Notes under the pieces: model-generated
Told to the model about the DNA's origin: nothing
What the model saw: the letters and a program-made list of their open reading frames with translations, nothing else
Databases searched by the model: none
Origin: an uncultured bacterium
Lineage (GTDB): Bacteria; Bacillota_I; Bacilli_A; RF39; UBA660
Direction: 5' to 3'
Assembly (NCBI GenBank): GCA_959020415.1
Contig: CAUERX010000001.1
Coordinates: forward strand, 15,442 to 79,441
DNA length: 64,000 nt
Translations under genes and position numbers: made by a program
Shown here: piece by piece, positions 55,345 through 64,000 of the stretch
Numbering within the stretch: the stretch's first letter is position 1
Layout: every line of letters starts with the position of its first letter

Positions 55345-56820
55345 ATGGAAAAAATTGATATCATAAAGAGTATTACAGAAAGAACAGGTGGGGACATATA
55401 TTTAGGCGTAGTAGGTGCTGTTAGAACAGGTAAATCAACATTTATCAAACGATTTATTGAAAACCTAGTTGTTCCTAATATTGAAGATGAATACGAAAGA
55501 AAAAGAACTTTGGATGAGATTCCTCAATCAGCGCAAGGAAAAACAATTATGACAACTGAACCAAAGTTTGTTCCAAGTAATGCAGCTAAAATTAAAATTG
55601 ATGATTTTTCAGCTGACGTTCGTTTAGTGGATTGTGTTGGATACATTATCAGTGGTGCTAAAGGATATGAAGATGAAAATGGTCCAAGAATGGTAAGAAC
55701 ACCTTGGTATGAAGAAGAAATTCCATTCGTTGAAGCGGCAGAAATTGGAACTGAAAAAGTTATTAAAGATCATTCAAGTATTGGTGTTTTAGTAACATCC
55801 GATGGTTCTATTGGCGAATTTTCAAGAAGCGATTACATTGAAGCTGAAGAAAGAATTGCCCTTGAACTTAATGAAATTGGTAAACCTTTTATCGTTATTC
55901 TTAACTCTGTTCATCCAATGTTACCAGAGACTGAAGGATTAGCTGAAGATTTAAAGGAAAAGTACAATGCTCCGGTTATTCCAATGAATATTGATAATAT
56001 GAGTGAAAGAGATGCTTATGGCATTTTAAGAGAAGCATTATACGAATTTCCAGTAGTACGTATTAATGTAGAAATGCCTGATTGGGTAGCATGTCTATCA
56101 CCTAATAATTGGTTAAAAAAATCTTATATAGATACGATTAAAGAAAGTATTTATGAAATAGATAAATTACGTGATATTGAAAACATTACAAATCTTTTGG
56201 AAACCTGCGATTATATAGATAAAGCATATCTATCAGAAGTTAATACTTCAACTGGTGAAGTTAATGTTACTTTAAAAGCGCCAAATGAGCTTTATAATGA
56301 AGTTTTAAAAGAAATAATAGGGGTTGATGTAACTAACCGTTCACAGTTACTTACTCTATTTCAAGATTATAATGAAGCAAAAACAGAGTACGATCAAATA
56401 AAAGATGCTTTGAAAATGGTTAAAAAGACTGGTTATGGAGTGGCAAGTCCAACTTTAGCTGATATGACTTTGGATACTCCAGAGATTATCAAGCAGGGAA
56501 GTCGTTATGGAATTAAGCTAAAGGCAGTTGCTCCATCTATTCATATGATTAGAGTTGATGTGGAAAGCACTTTTGAACCAATTATTGGATCAGAATTGCA
56601 AAGTAAAGAGCTTATTAATTATCTAATGAAAGATAAAGAAAATGATTCTGAGAATATTTGGAAAAGTGAAATATTTGGACGTAGTTTAGATGTTATTGTT
56701 CAAGAAGGCATTCAAGCTAAGTTATCATTAATGCCAGATTCAGTAAGATTTAAGTTGCAAAATACTTTATCTAAATTAGTTAATAAGGGTTCTGGTAATT
56801 TATTTGCAATTGTTTTATAA
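55345..56820 (+). CDS. spoIVA: Stage IV sporulation protein A (spore coat morphogenetic ATPase)
   Basis: IYLGVVGAVRTGKSTFIKRF Walker A and ~492 aa length. Position upstream of hup, as in B. subtilis. Confidence 0.95.
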   Translation: MEKIDIIKSITERTGGDIYLGVVGAVRTGKSTFIKRFIENLVVPNIEDEYERKRTLDEIPQSAQGKTIMTTEPKFVPSNAAKIKIDDFSADVRLVDCVGYIISGAKGYEDENGPRMVRTPWYEEEIPFVEAAEIGTEKVIKDHSSIGVLVTSDGSIGEFSRSDYIEAEERIALELNEIGKPFIVILNSVHPMLPETEGLAEDLKEKYNAPVIPMNIDNMSERDAYGILREALYEFPVVRINVEMPDWVACLSPNNWLKKSYIDTIKESIYEIDKLRDIENITNLLETCDYIDKAYLSEVNTSTGEVNVTLKAPNELYNEVLKEIIGVDVTNRSQLLTLFQDYNEAKTEYDQIKDALKMVKKTGYGVASPTLADMTLDTPEIIKQGSRYGIKLKAVAPSIHMIRVDVESTFEPIIGSELQSKELINYLMKDKENDSENIWKSEIFGRSLDVIVQEGIQAKLSLMPDSVRFKLQNTLSKLVNKGSGNLFAIVL

Positions 56821-56936
56821 GGATAGTTTAACTATTCTTTTTGTTTGACAAAGTTTAGATTATAGATGTAGAATAAAAATGTAACCGATATTTACTCCTA
56901 GAATATCACTTTGTGGTTACTAGGAGGGAGAGTTAT

Positions 56937-57146
56937 ATGACAGATAATATTGGGAAAATAATTCGTGTAAGTTATATTGATGTCTATGAGATACAAAGGA
57001 AACGTTACTTAGAAGTTACTGATCCTGATATCAATATTGGTGAGCGCAAATATAAAGTCGCAGACTATACTGTTGGTTATGTAATTCCCGATAGTAAACA
57101 GGCAAAAGCTTTGATAGGGGCAGAGGTGACAGCAAAGTTTTATTAG
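56937..57146 (+). CDS. Hypothetical small protein, possibly the 5' part of a frameshifted gene continuing to 57328
   Basis: GGAGGGAG SD. The -1 frame is open from about 57120 to 57328, with no start codon of its own. Confidence 0.4.
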   Translation: MTDNIGKIIRVSYIDVYEIQRKRYLEVTDPDINIGERKYKVADYTVGYVIPDSKQAKALIGAEVTAKFY

Positions 57147-57483
57147 GAACCTTCAAAACAACGATTGAAGGTGTTTATATAGCTGAAAAGCTTATAGAAC
57201 AAGCATTCTTATCTGAAAAACAAACTTATGAAAATGCTGGTTGGCCAGTACCGGTAGAAGATGTAATTGCAGCTCAAAGTGATCTTGGAATACAAAAGAG
57301 AGTGACAAAAAAAGTGCCCAAAAACTAAGAGCTTTTTTTTCTTGACGGAAAATGGGTAATAAAATCGTTAAAAAGTTTAAAAACTGTAAAAAAACCTTAA
57401 AATATATTGCTTTTTCCCTTTAAAAATGGTATTCTTTTAATGTAAGCAAACATAGCTTAACAAAATAAGGGAGGTATAGAAAC

Positions 57484-57756
57484 ATGACAAAACAAATGTT
57501 AGTTAATTACATTGCAGAAGAAACAGGTTTCACAAAAGCAGATGCTACTAGAGCTCTAGACGCTGTTATGAACGGGATCGTAGAAGGATTAAAAGATGAA
57601 GGTAAAGTTACTTTAACTGGTTTCTGCACTTTTGCTGCTCAAAAGAAAGAAGCGAGACAAGGTCGTAATCCGAGAACTGGTGAAACAGTTGAAATTCCTG
57701 CAAGAATTGCAGTTTCTATCAAAGCTGGTTCAAAACTAAAAGACGCTTTAAACTAA
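57484..57756 (+). CDS. hup: DNA-binding protein HU
   Basis: 90 aa. GF..F......AR.GRNPRTGE.I.IPA signature. Confidence 0.95.
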   Translation: MTKQMLVNYIAEETGFTKADATRALDAVMNGIVEGLKDEGKVTLTGFCTFAAQKKEARQGRNPRTGETVEIPARIAVSIKAGSKLKDALN

Positions 57757-57799
57757 GGGCTTATTAGCCTTTTTTTCTTGCAATAGTGGAGATGATGAA

Positions 57800-58891
57800 A
57801 TGTATAATTCAGCAATTAAAGTATTAGAAAAAATTACGAGTTTTGGATATAAGGCCTATATAATAGGTGGTTATCCAAGGGATTTGTATTTAAAGAGAAG
57901 TTCGACGGATATTGATATTTGTACTGATGCGACACCTATGGAGATTATGAATATTTTTCCTGAGGTAATAACGACTAATTCAGAATATGGTTCGGTGGTA
58001 ATATCTTTTGAAAAAATTAGATTTGAAATTACAACTTTTCGTAGTGAAGGAAAATATGTAATGCATCGTAAACCTTCTGGAGTAAAGTATATTGATAGTT
58101 TAGAAGAAGATTTAAAAAGGCGTGATTTTACGATCAATACGCTTTGTATTGATAAGGATGGCAAGGAAATTGATTTGCTTAATGCCAAAAGTGATTTAGA
58201 TAATAAAATTGTTAGAATGATTGGCAATCCTAAAGTAAGACTTAAGGAAGATGCTTTGCGTATTTTAAGGGCTATTCGTTTTGCGACGATTTTGAATTTT
58301 GAATTAGAGCCAGTTTTAAAGGCCTATATTAAGAAGTATGGTTCGTTGATTAGAAAATTATCGAGGGATCGTCAAAAAGAAGAATTGGATATAATTTTTG
58401 CTAGTTCAAATAAAGAGTATGGTATAAAGTTATTGTGCGAATTAAGGTTGGCTGATCATTTAGATATTTCTTTGCTTAGGAAAGCGAAAATAACACCTTC
58501 AATGATGGTTACCTGGGCTCAATTAGATGTCTTGGATAAATATAATTTTAATTCAAGCGAGAAGGAAACAATAAGTAAAATTTTAGAACTTAAAGATAAA
58601 GATTTACTTGATAGAAGAGTCTTATATGATTATGGTCTTTATGTTTGTACTTTAGCTAGTGAATTAGATGGGGTCACTAAGAAAGAACTTAATGAAGTAT
58701 ATTCGGAAATGCCAATTCATAGTAAGCTCGATATCGCGTTAGCACCTGTTGAGATATGTGCGATTTTAGATAGAGAGCCCGGAAGTTTTTTAAAAGCTTT
58801 AATTAATGATTTAGAAGATAAAATTTTATCAGGAAAACTTGTTAATCGGAAAGAAGATTTAACTAATTATATTACTAACACTTATAAATAA
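57800..58891 (+). CDS. cca: tRNA nucleotidyltransferase (CCA-adding enzyme, class II)
   Basis: IIGGYPRDL......DIDICT head-domain motif, RRDFTIN, RAIRFA. Confidence 0.8.
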   Translation: MYNSAIKVLEKITSFGYKAYIIGGYPRDLYLKRSSTDIDICTDATPMEIMNIFPEVITTNSEYGSVVISFEKIRFEITTFRSEGKYVMHRKPSGVKYIDSLEEDLKRRDFTINTLCIDKDGKEIDLLNAKSDLDNKIVRMIGNPKVRLKEDALRILRAIRFATILNFELEPVLKAYIKKYGSLIRKLSRDRQKEELDIIFASSNKEYGIKLLCELRLADHLDISLLRKAKITPSMMVTWAQLDVLDKYNFNSSEKETISKILELKDKDLLDRRVLYDYGLYVCTLASELDGVTKKELNEVYSEMPIHSKLDIALAPVEICAILDREPGSFLKALINDLEDKILSGKLVNRKEDLTNYITNTYK

Positions 58892-58920
58892 AACATACCT
58901 TTTAATAAGGGTGTTTTTTT

Positions 58921-59520
58921 ATGAAGAAGATCGGAATATTAGTTTTGATAACGGTAATTACATTGTTTAATATTGATACAAGAGCTTTTGTCGCAAAAAA
59001 AATTGATTTAAAGATAAAAGACAACGAAACAAGTATTGTATTTCTAAGGCTTATTAACAGCACTTCATTACTTATAAATGATGAAGATCATAGTAATTTA
59101 TTTATTTTGAATTATAAAAATGATGAAGGGCTTAAGGAAGTTGTTAAAATTTTTGGAAGTAAACCAGATATATTTTATTTAAATAATACTTTGGATAAAA
59201 AAGTTGATAATGTTTATGTATTTAAGCAGAAAGATTTATTAAAGTTTAGAATTGATAACTATACCCTTTGTATTTATGACAAAAGAAGTCATAATGTAGA
59301 TAATTGCGATTTTGTTTATTTGATGAATTTGAAAGAAGAATTTGAAGTTAATGAAAATATTTCAGCAATTTTCTACGATGACAGGATTGATGAAAAGTGG
59401 CTTAAAAATCTTCAAGAATCATGGGTTGATTATAGTATTGTCAGTCCAGAAAGTTTTACTATTTTGAAGTTAAATGAGGATTCTTATAATATTGTGGTAG
59501 TTCCATCGACAAATAAATGA
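58921..59520 (+). CDS. Hypothetical secreted or membrane-anchored protein
   Basis: N-terminal hydrophobic signal/anchor. No motif recognised. Confidence 0.45.
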   Translation: MKKIGILVLITVITLFNIDTRAFVAKKIDLKIKDNETSIVFLRLINSTSLLINDEDHSNLFILNYKNDEGLKEVVKIFGSKPDIFYLNNTLDKKVDNVYVFKQKDLLKFRIDNYTLCIYDKRSHNVDNCDFVYLMNLKEEFEVNENISAIFYDDRIDEKWLKNLQESWVDYSIVSPESFTILKLNEDSYNIVVVPSTNK

Positions 59521-59551
59521 TTTTAGGCTATAATAATCATTAGGTGGTTTT

Positions 59552-60178
59552 ATGACAGGTAAGATAATTGATATATTAAAAAATGGAAATATTTCTTTTC
59601 CAAAAATGCTATTGACGAATTATAAAAAATTAAAGATTACAGAAAAAGAGTTAATAATTTTGATTTATTTAATCGATGATAATGAGTTTGACCCAGAGAG
59701 AATAGCAATTGATTTAAATATTAAACCAATAGATGTTTTAACGTTGATTAGTAGTTTATCAAAGAAGGATATTGTTAAACTGGAAAGTATAACTAATAAT
59801 AATGTTCGTGAAGAATATGTTTGTTTAGATGAGCTTTACAATAAATTAGCTATTTCTTTAATGGAAAACAAGGTGGAGAGCAAAGAAATTACTTTGTTTG
59901 ATAAGTTTGAAGAAGAATTTGGTCGTACTTTAAGTCCAATTGAATATGAAATTATTGGAGCTTGGATTGAAGGTGATTTTTCAGAAGAACTTATTTTACT
60001 TGCACTTAAAGAAGCAATATACAATGGAGTTTCTAATTTAAGATATATTGATAAGATTTTATATGAATGGAATAAAAAAGGAATAAAGAGCAAGGAAGAT
60101 ATTGAAAAAGAACGGGAAAAGTTCAGTAAAAAAGATTCCAAGAAAGAAGTGTTTGATTATGACTGGCTCAATGAATAG
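59552..60178 (+). CDS. dnaD: DnaD-domain replication initiation protein
   Basis: LSPIEYEII..W......EL...ALKEA...G..N.RYIDKIL..W DnaD domain. dnaD-nth synteny. Confidence 0.8.
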   Translation: MTGKIIDILKNGNISFPKMLLTNYKKLKITEKELIILIYLIDDNEFDPERIAIDLNIKPIDVLTLISSLSKKDIVKLESITNNNVREEYVCLDELYNKLAISLMENKVESKEITLFDKFEEEFGRTLSPIEYEIIGAWIEGDFSEELILLALKEAIYNGVSNLRYIDKILYEWNKKGIKSKEDIEKEREKFSKKDSKKEVFDYDWLNE

Positions 60179-60788
60179 AATTGAAGATTATCTAGATGAG
60201 ATGTTTCCAAATCCACGCTGTGAGCTTAATTATAGTAAAGACTATGAATTAGTCTTGGCGACAATGTTAAGTGCTCAGACAACTGATAAAAGAGTAAATA
60301 TGGTTACTTCTATATTGTTTACGGAGTATCCTAATTTAAAAGCTTTGAGTGAGGCGTCAGTCGATGATATTGTAAAAATAATTAGGCCGATTGGAACTTT
60401 TAATAAAAAGGCTAGTAATGTTATTAACATTGCGAAAAGATTACTTGAAGATTATGGTGGTGTAGTTCCTAATAATCGTGAATATTTAGAAACGCTTCCT
60501 GGGGTTGGTCGTAAAACAACTAACGTAGTTCTTTCTAATATATTTAATGAACCATGTATTGCAGTAGATACTCACGTATCTAGAGTTAGTATTAGACTTG
60601 GATTAGCAAAAGATGGCGATGACCCTTTTACGATTGAAAAGAAATTGACAAAGAAGTTTCAAAAAGAGGATTTATGCAAAAGACATCATCAAATGGTTTT
60701 GTTTGGGCGTTATCATTGTACCGCACGTAATCCTAAATGTGAGGATTGTAAATTAAAAGATATTTGTAAGTATGGAAGAAAGTTATAG
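60159..60788 (+). CDS. nth: Endonuclease III
   Basis: HhH-GPD LPGVGRKTTNVV, catalytic DTH, Fe-S cluster C..C..C...C at the C-terminus. Start ambiguous between 60159 and 60171. Confidence 0.9.
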   Translation: MTGSMNRIEDYLDEMFPNPRCELNYSKDYELVLATMLSAQTTDKRVNMVTSILFTEYPNLKALSEASVDDIVKIIRPIGTFNKKASNVINIAKRLLEDYGGVVPNNREYLETLPGVGRKTTNVVLSNIFNEPCIAVDTHVSRVSIRLGLAKDGDDPFTIEKKLTKKFQKEDLCKRHHQMVLFGRYHCTARNPKCEDCKLKDICKYGRKL

Positions 60789-60841
60789 AGATTATGTTTA
60801 AATAATCTTTTTTAATGCGTAAAAAAAGACGATTGCTCGTC

Positions 60842-63814
60842 TTAACTTACGTTAATTGTTCTAGAAATTGTTTTATCACTGATATTTTCGCCTTCATAAG
60901 TAATTGTATAAGTTATGGTATAAGTACCAGCAGCCGAACCAATTTCTGCTATTGATGAAGGAATAGTACTATTTAGCATAACTTTTGGAGTTATGGTGCA
61001 ATCATTAGTAATATCTTCACCATCTAGAGTAACGGTAACACCTTTATCTGTATATTTAGATCCAAGAGTTAAGTTGATTGATGCTTCACCGTTTAGAGTA
61101 ACGGTAGCATCAGAGGCTGATGAACCTTGATAATCAACTTTAACTTCGGTTCCAGTACTTTCAGCACCTGCAAATTTTGAATAACTTGCTTTAATAACAT
61201 AGGTTGGTGATGAAGTACTTGGAAGTTTTACCGTAGCGCTTCCGTCTTTAACGGTGGCTACTTTAGTTAATCCCGTACCATTTTTAAGATATACATTATA
61301 AACGACACTACCTAATACATTATTATTATATCCCATAATGTAATTTAAATAGGTTGTTTGATCTTTTGAAATTGCGAATGCTTTATTAACGAGTGGACTC
61401 CAATAGTTTCTATTTAGACCATCTGGAGTACCAATTGTTTTCCATGTAATGGTAGCGTTGCGACCTTTAACGGTGGCTTTAGCATTAGTAACATTATCTA
61501 ATGTATTGTATCTGTTTGATACTTCGGTTGGTTTAGCATTTGATTTAAATAGCTCGGTTGTTTTAGCGCTATCTGGAGTGTTGGTACTTGGAAGTAATGG
61601 TGTAGCACAATTTTTCTCAACAGTTACTTCAACCACGCTCTCTGGTTTAGTAAATTTACTACTTGATTTAAAGAAGTTTTTAGCAACTGCTTGGAATAAT
61701 TTTGAATTTTGGCTCGAACCAAATTTGTTATGTCCTTTAGAAATGTCTGAATAACCATACCAAACGGCTATTGAATAGTCTGAGTTGTATCCAGCAACCC
61801 ATAAATCGTTAACGGCATTACTTGGAAGGTTTCTAGCTTTCATTGTTTTTTCATCGAAATTAGTTGTTCCAGTTTTAGCAGCAAATTCGGCACCGTTAAC
61901 ATTGCTATAATTACCTAAAGCTGATTTGCCAGTATCAACAAGCATGTCAGTTACCATATAAGCAGTGTCTTTGCTCATAACTTTTTCTTTTTCTTTCTTA
62001 TTAGTTATAGTTTTATTACTTTGATCGAAAACTATTTTAGTGTAAGTGTATGGTTCATTATAAGTACCATTATTACCGAAAGCCGCATAAGCAGCAGCAA
62101 CAGTAAGTGGTGATTCACCAGTATATCCACCAATTGCATGAGCCTCGTGTATTTTACCGTTTGAAGCTACTTCTGGTGAAAGGCCTAATTTAGTAACGAA
62201 ATCTTTAACATCAGAGTTTTTAACGCTTTGGAAAGTTTTTAGCGCTGGAATATTGCGAGAATCAACTAAGGCTTGACGAATTGTCATAATTCCCTTGTAT
62301 TTACCATCCCAGTTATTAATTTCAGTTCCATCACTATAAGTATATTTATCGTCAATAATTGGATGATATGTATTCCAATTTAAGTATTCAATAGCTGGGC
62401 CATAATCAAATAATGGTTTAGCAGTAGAACCGATTTGTCTTTTAATCATGGTAGCATTATTATATGATTTGGCTCCAGTACGATTACGACCTGCACCAAT
62501 GGCCACTACTGCTCCAGTTTTAGTGTCTAAAACGGTAATACCGGCATCAACTTTGTCGTTTTCCCATTTATAACCGTCACCTTTCATTATTTTAGTGACA
62601 GCATCTTGTTTTTCACGGTCCATAGTTGTATAAATTTTCATTGAATATGAATATGGATCATATCCAGTTTTTTTCTTAACATCAACGGCTACAGTATCGA
62701 TAAAGCCTTGATATTCTTCATAGTTTGTATGAGCAGAATTTCCTTTGATAACAATTTTATCAACAGTCATTTTTTTAGCCATGTTGTATTCTTCATCATT
62801 TATGTATCCGTGACGTTTCATTAATTTTAAAACTATTTGACGGCGTTCTTCTGTTTTATCTGGGTTAATGTTTGGATCATAAGTAACTGGTGATTGGAAC
62901 ATACCGGCGATCATAGCAGCTTCTGATAAATTTAATTCTTTAGCGCTTTTATTAAAATATGTTTTAGCGGCTTGTTCGACACCATAAGCACCACCTCCTA
63001 AATAGTATGAGTTAACATAGAATTCTAAGATTTCTTCTTTTGAATAGTTACGTTCTATTTGGAAGATAGACATATATATATCGGTAAATTTACGTTTAAT
63101 TCCTGCAAACCCACTTGAAGTAGTTGAAGTGAATTGGTTTTTGGAAACTTGCATGGTTAAAGTAGATGCTCCACCTGCATTTTGACCTAATATTTGCCCA
63201 ACAGAGGCTTTTAAGAAACGTGGTAGATCAAAACCGTTATGTTGGAAGAATCTTGAATCTTCCGTAGCAACAATAGCGTTTATTAGTTCCTCGGACATTT
63301 CGTCATATTTGATTTTTTGACGCATTTCTGAACCTAATTGAGCAAATTCTTTACCTTCATTATCATATAAAGTACTTGCTTCTTTAGTATAAAGCTTATC
63401 AGGGTCGAACTTGCCAGCGCTTAATGCGATGTATGCAAAGAAGATAATTGCGGCAATAACGAAGAAGATAAACATTGATAAAAGGACTAATAAAACAATT
63501 TTTCCTTTTTTCTTCTTATTTGATTTATTTTTATTGGGGCGATTTGTTTTTTTCATATTATCACTACTTTCTAAAATTGTTTCGTCTTTAGCTTCAATGA
63601 TCGGTGTTCTTGGTTGGTTTAATTTTTTATGTTTTTCCTTTTGAATGTAAGGAATTACCCATAATAAATTTAAAGCTATAGCAATTAGTAAAATTAAGAA
63701 AAAGTTAAAAAAGAATGAACCTATAATAAGCAAGACAATGCTAAAAAGTAGTACGCCTAGTCGTGCTGGTTTTCTTTTCAAAAATTTAATTATATCTTGA
63801 AGTCTTTCTTTCAT
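60842..63814 (-). CDS. ponA: Class A penicillin-binding protein (glycosyltransferase + transpeptidase) with a long C-terminal Thr/Ser-rich extension
   Basis: GT51 motifs EDSRFFQHNGFD and GGSTLT-type (GASTLTMQ). Transpeptidase STAKP, SRN, KTGT. About 270 extra C-terminal residues. Confidence 0.9.
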   Translation of the reverse strand: MKERLQDIIKFLKRKPARLGVLLFSIVLLIIGSFFFNFFLILLIAIALNLLWVIPYIQKEKHKKLNQPRTPIIEAKDETILESSDNMKKTNRPNKNKSNKKKKGKIVLLVLLSMFIFFVIAAIIFFAYIALSAGKFDPDKLYTKEASTLYDNEGKEFAQLGSEMRQKIKYDEMSEELINAIVATEDSRFFQHNGFDLPRFLKASVGQILGQNAGGASTLTMQVSKNQFTSTTSSGFAGIKRKFTDIYMSIFQIERNYSKEEILEFYVNSYYLGGGAYGVEQAAKTYFNKSAKELNLSEAAMIAGMFQSPVTYDPNINPDKTEERRQIVLKLMKRHGYINDEEYNMAKKMTVDKIVIKGNSAHTNYEEYQGFIDTVAVDVKKKTGYDPYSYSMKIYTTMDREKQDAVTKIMKGDGYKWENDKVDAGITVLDTKTGAVVAIGAGRNRTGAKSYNNATMIKRQIGSTAKPLFDYGPAIEYLNWNTYHPIIDDKYTYSDGTEINNWDGKYKGIMTIRQALVDSRNIPALKTFQSVKNSDVKDFVTKLGLSPEVASNGKIHEAHAIGGYTGESPLTVAAAYAAFGNNGTYNEPYTYTKIVFDQSNKTITNKKEKEKVMSKDTAYMVTDMLVDTGKSALGNYSNVNGAEFAAKTGTTNFDEKTMKARNLPSNAVNDLWVAGYNSDYSIAVWYGYSDISKGHNKFGSSQNSKLFQAVAKNFFKSSSKFTKPESVVEVTVEKNCATPLLPSTNTPDSAKTTELFKSNAKPTEVSNRYNTLDNVTNAKATVKGRNATITWKTIGTPDGLNRNYWSPLVNKAFAISKDQTTYLNYIMGYNNNVLGSVVYNVYLKNGTGLTKVATVKDGSATVKLPSTSSPTYVIKASYSKFAGAESTGTEVKVDYQGSSASDATVTLNGEASINLTLGSKYTDKGVTVTLDGEDITNDCTITPKVMLNSTIPSSIAEIGSAAGTYTITYTITYEGENISDKTISRTINVS

Positions 63815-64000
63815 TAATTACCTCCGTCAAAATACAATTCATCAATAATTTTAAGATAGTCTACTCGTGGATTGTACTTATCTTTAATTATATACCCCGC
63901 TGATTTAAAATATTCTAGTGGTATAGATTTACGTTTGTTATTATTTGAAAACTCAATTAACTTTTCAATTGTTAGTAAATATGTTTCATTTAAATTTGTA
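63814..64000 (-). CDS. recU: Probable Holliday-junction resolvase RecU, 3' end only (5' end beyond the window)
   Basis: Open frame ending ..NPRVDYLKIIDELYFDGGN*. Its stop overlaps the ponA ATG (TAATG). recU-ponA is a conserved Firmicute operon. Confidence 0.55.
   Translation of the reverse strand, partial: TNLNETYLLTIEKLIEFSNNNKRKSIPLEYFKSAGYIIKDKYNPRVDYLKIIDELYFDGGN

Noticed and set aside
60842-61650. The ~270-aa Thr/Ser/Val-rich C-terminal extension of the class A PBP, considered as a separate or fused novel domain.
   Set aside because: It is continuous with the PBP frame. It looks like beta-rich Ig-like or low-complexity wall-spanning extensions seen in Firmicute PBP1 proteins. Nothing specific can be argued from sequence alone.

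Overview
Low-GC (about 30%) Firmicute chromosome segment from a spore-former. Sporulation genes present are SpoIVA, SpoVIF-like, CotZ/CotY-like and CotS/YutH-like. Gene order resembles B. subtilis: csp-hpf-secA, der...spoIVA...hup, and dnaD-nth-ponA-recU. The core also holds a truncated P-type ATPase, trpS, a patatin-like lipase, a DUF368 protein, LemA/HtpX, xth, an ABC exporter, engB, a CCA-adding enzyme and two tRNA operons (5 + 7 tRNAs).

Features the ORF track does not explain:
1. An agr-like quorum-sensing locus with an unannotated 41-aa AgrD precursor. It is arranged convergently (RR-HK on +, agrBD on -), and the kinase gene lies in a 1458-bp-period tandem duplication.
2. A 3.2-kb integrase island in the 3' end of secA. 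It duplicates the secA zinc-finger tail and carries a possible HEPN-like protein and a nucleoside 2-deoxyribosyltransferase-like protein.
3. A 16-kb tandem array of four integrative elements at tRNA-Ala(TGC), bounded by five copies of the tRNA 3'-end repeat TGGTGGAGAATAAGG.
4. Every integrase in the window is disrupted, each by a different lesion (5' truncation, nonsense, two frameshifts).

The best candidates for undescribed systems sit in the cargo slots of the tRNA-Ala array. One is a Panacea/DUF4065 antitoxin-like gene overlapping an unknown 226-aa partner. One is a 2-TM protein followed by an AlbA_2/Schlafen-like protein. One is a TatD-ASCH-GNAT trio.

Other oddities: a MvaI/BcnI-like nuclease with no methyltransferase in the window; an A118-type holin followed by an S58(DmpA)+C39-like peptidase fusion; and several decayed genes (ferritin-like, an amber-interrupted ORF, an AIPR/Abi-like remnant).

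All family assignments rest on motifs I recognised by eye. No database search was run.
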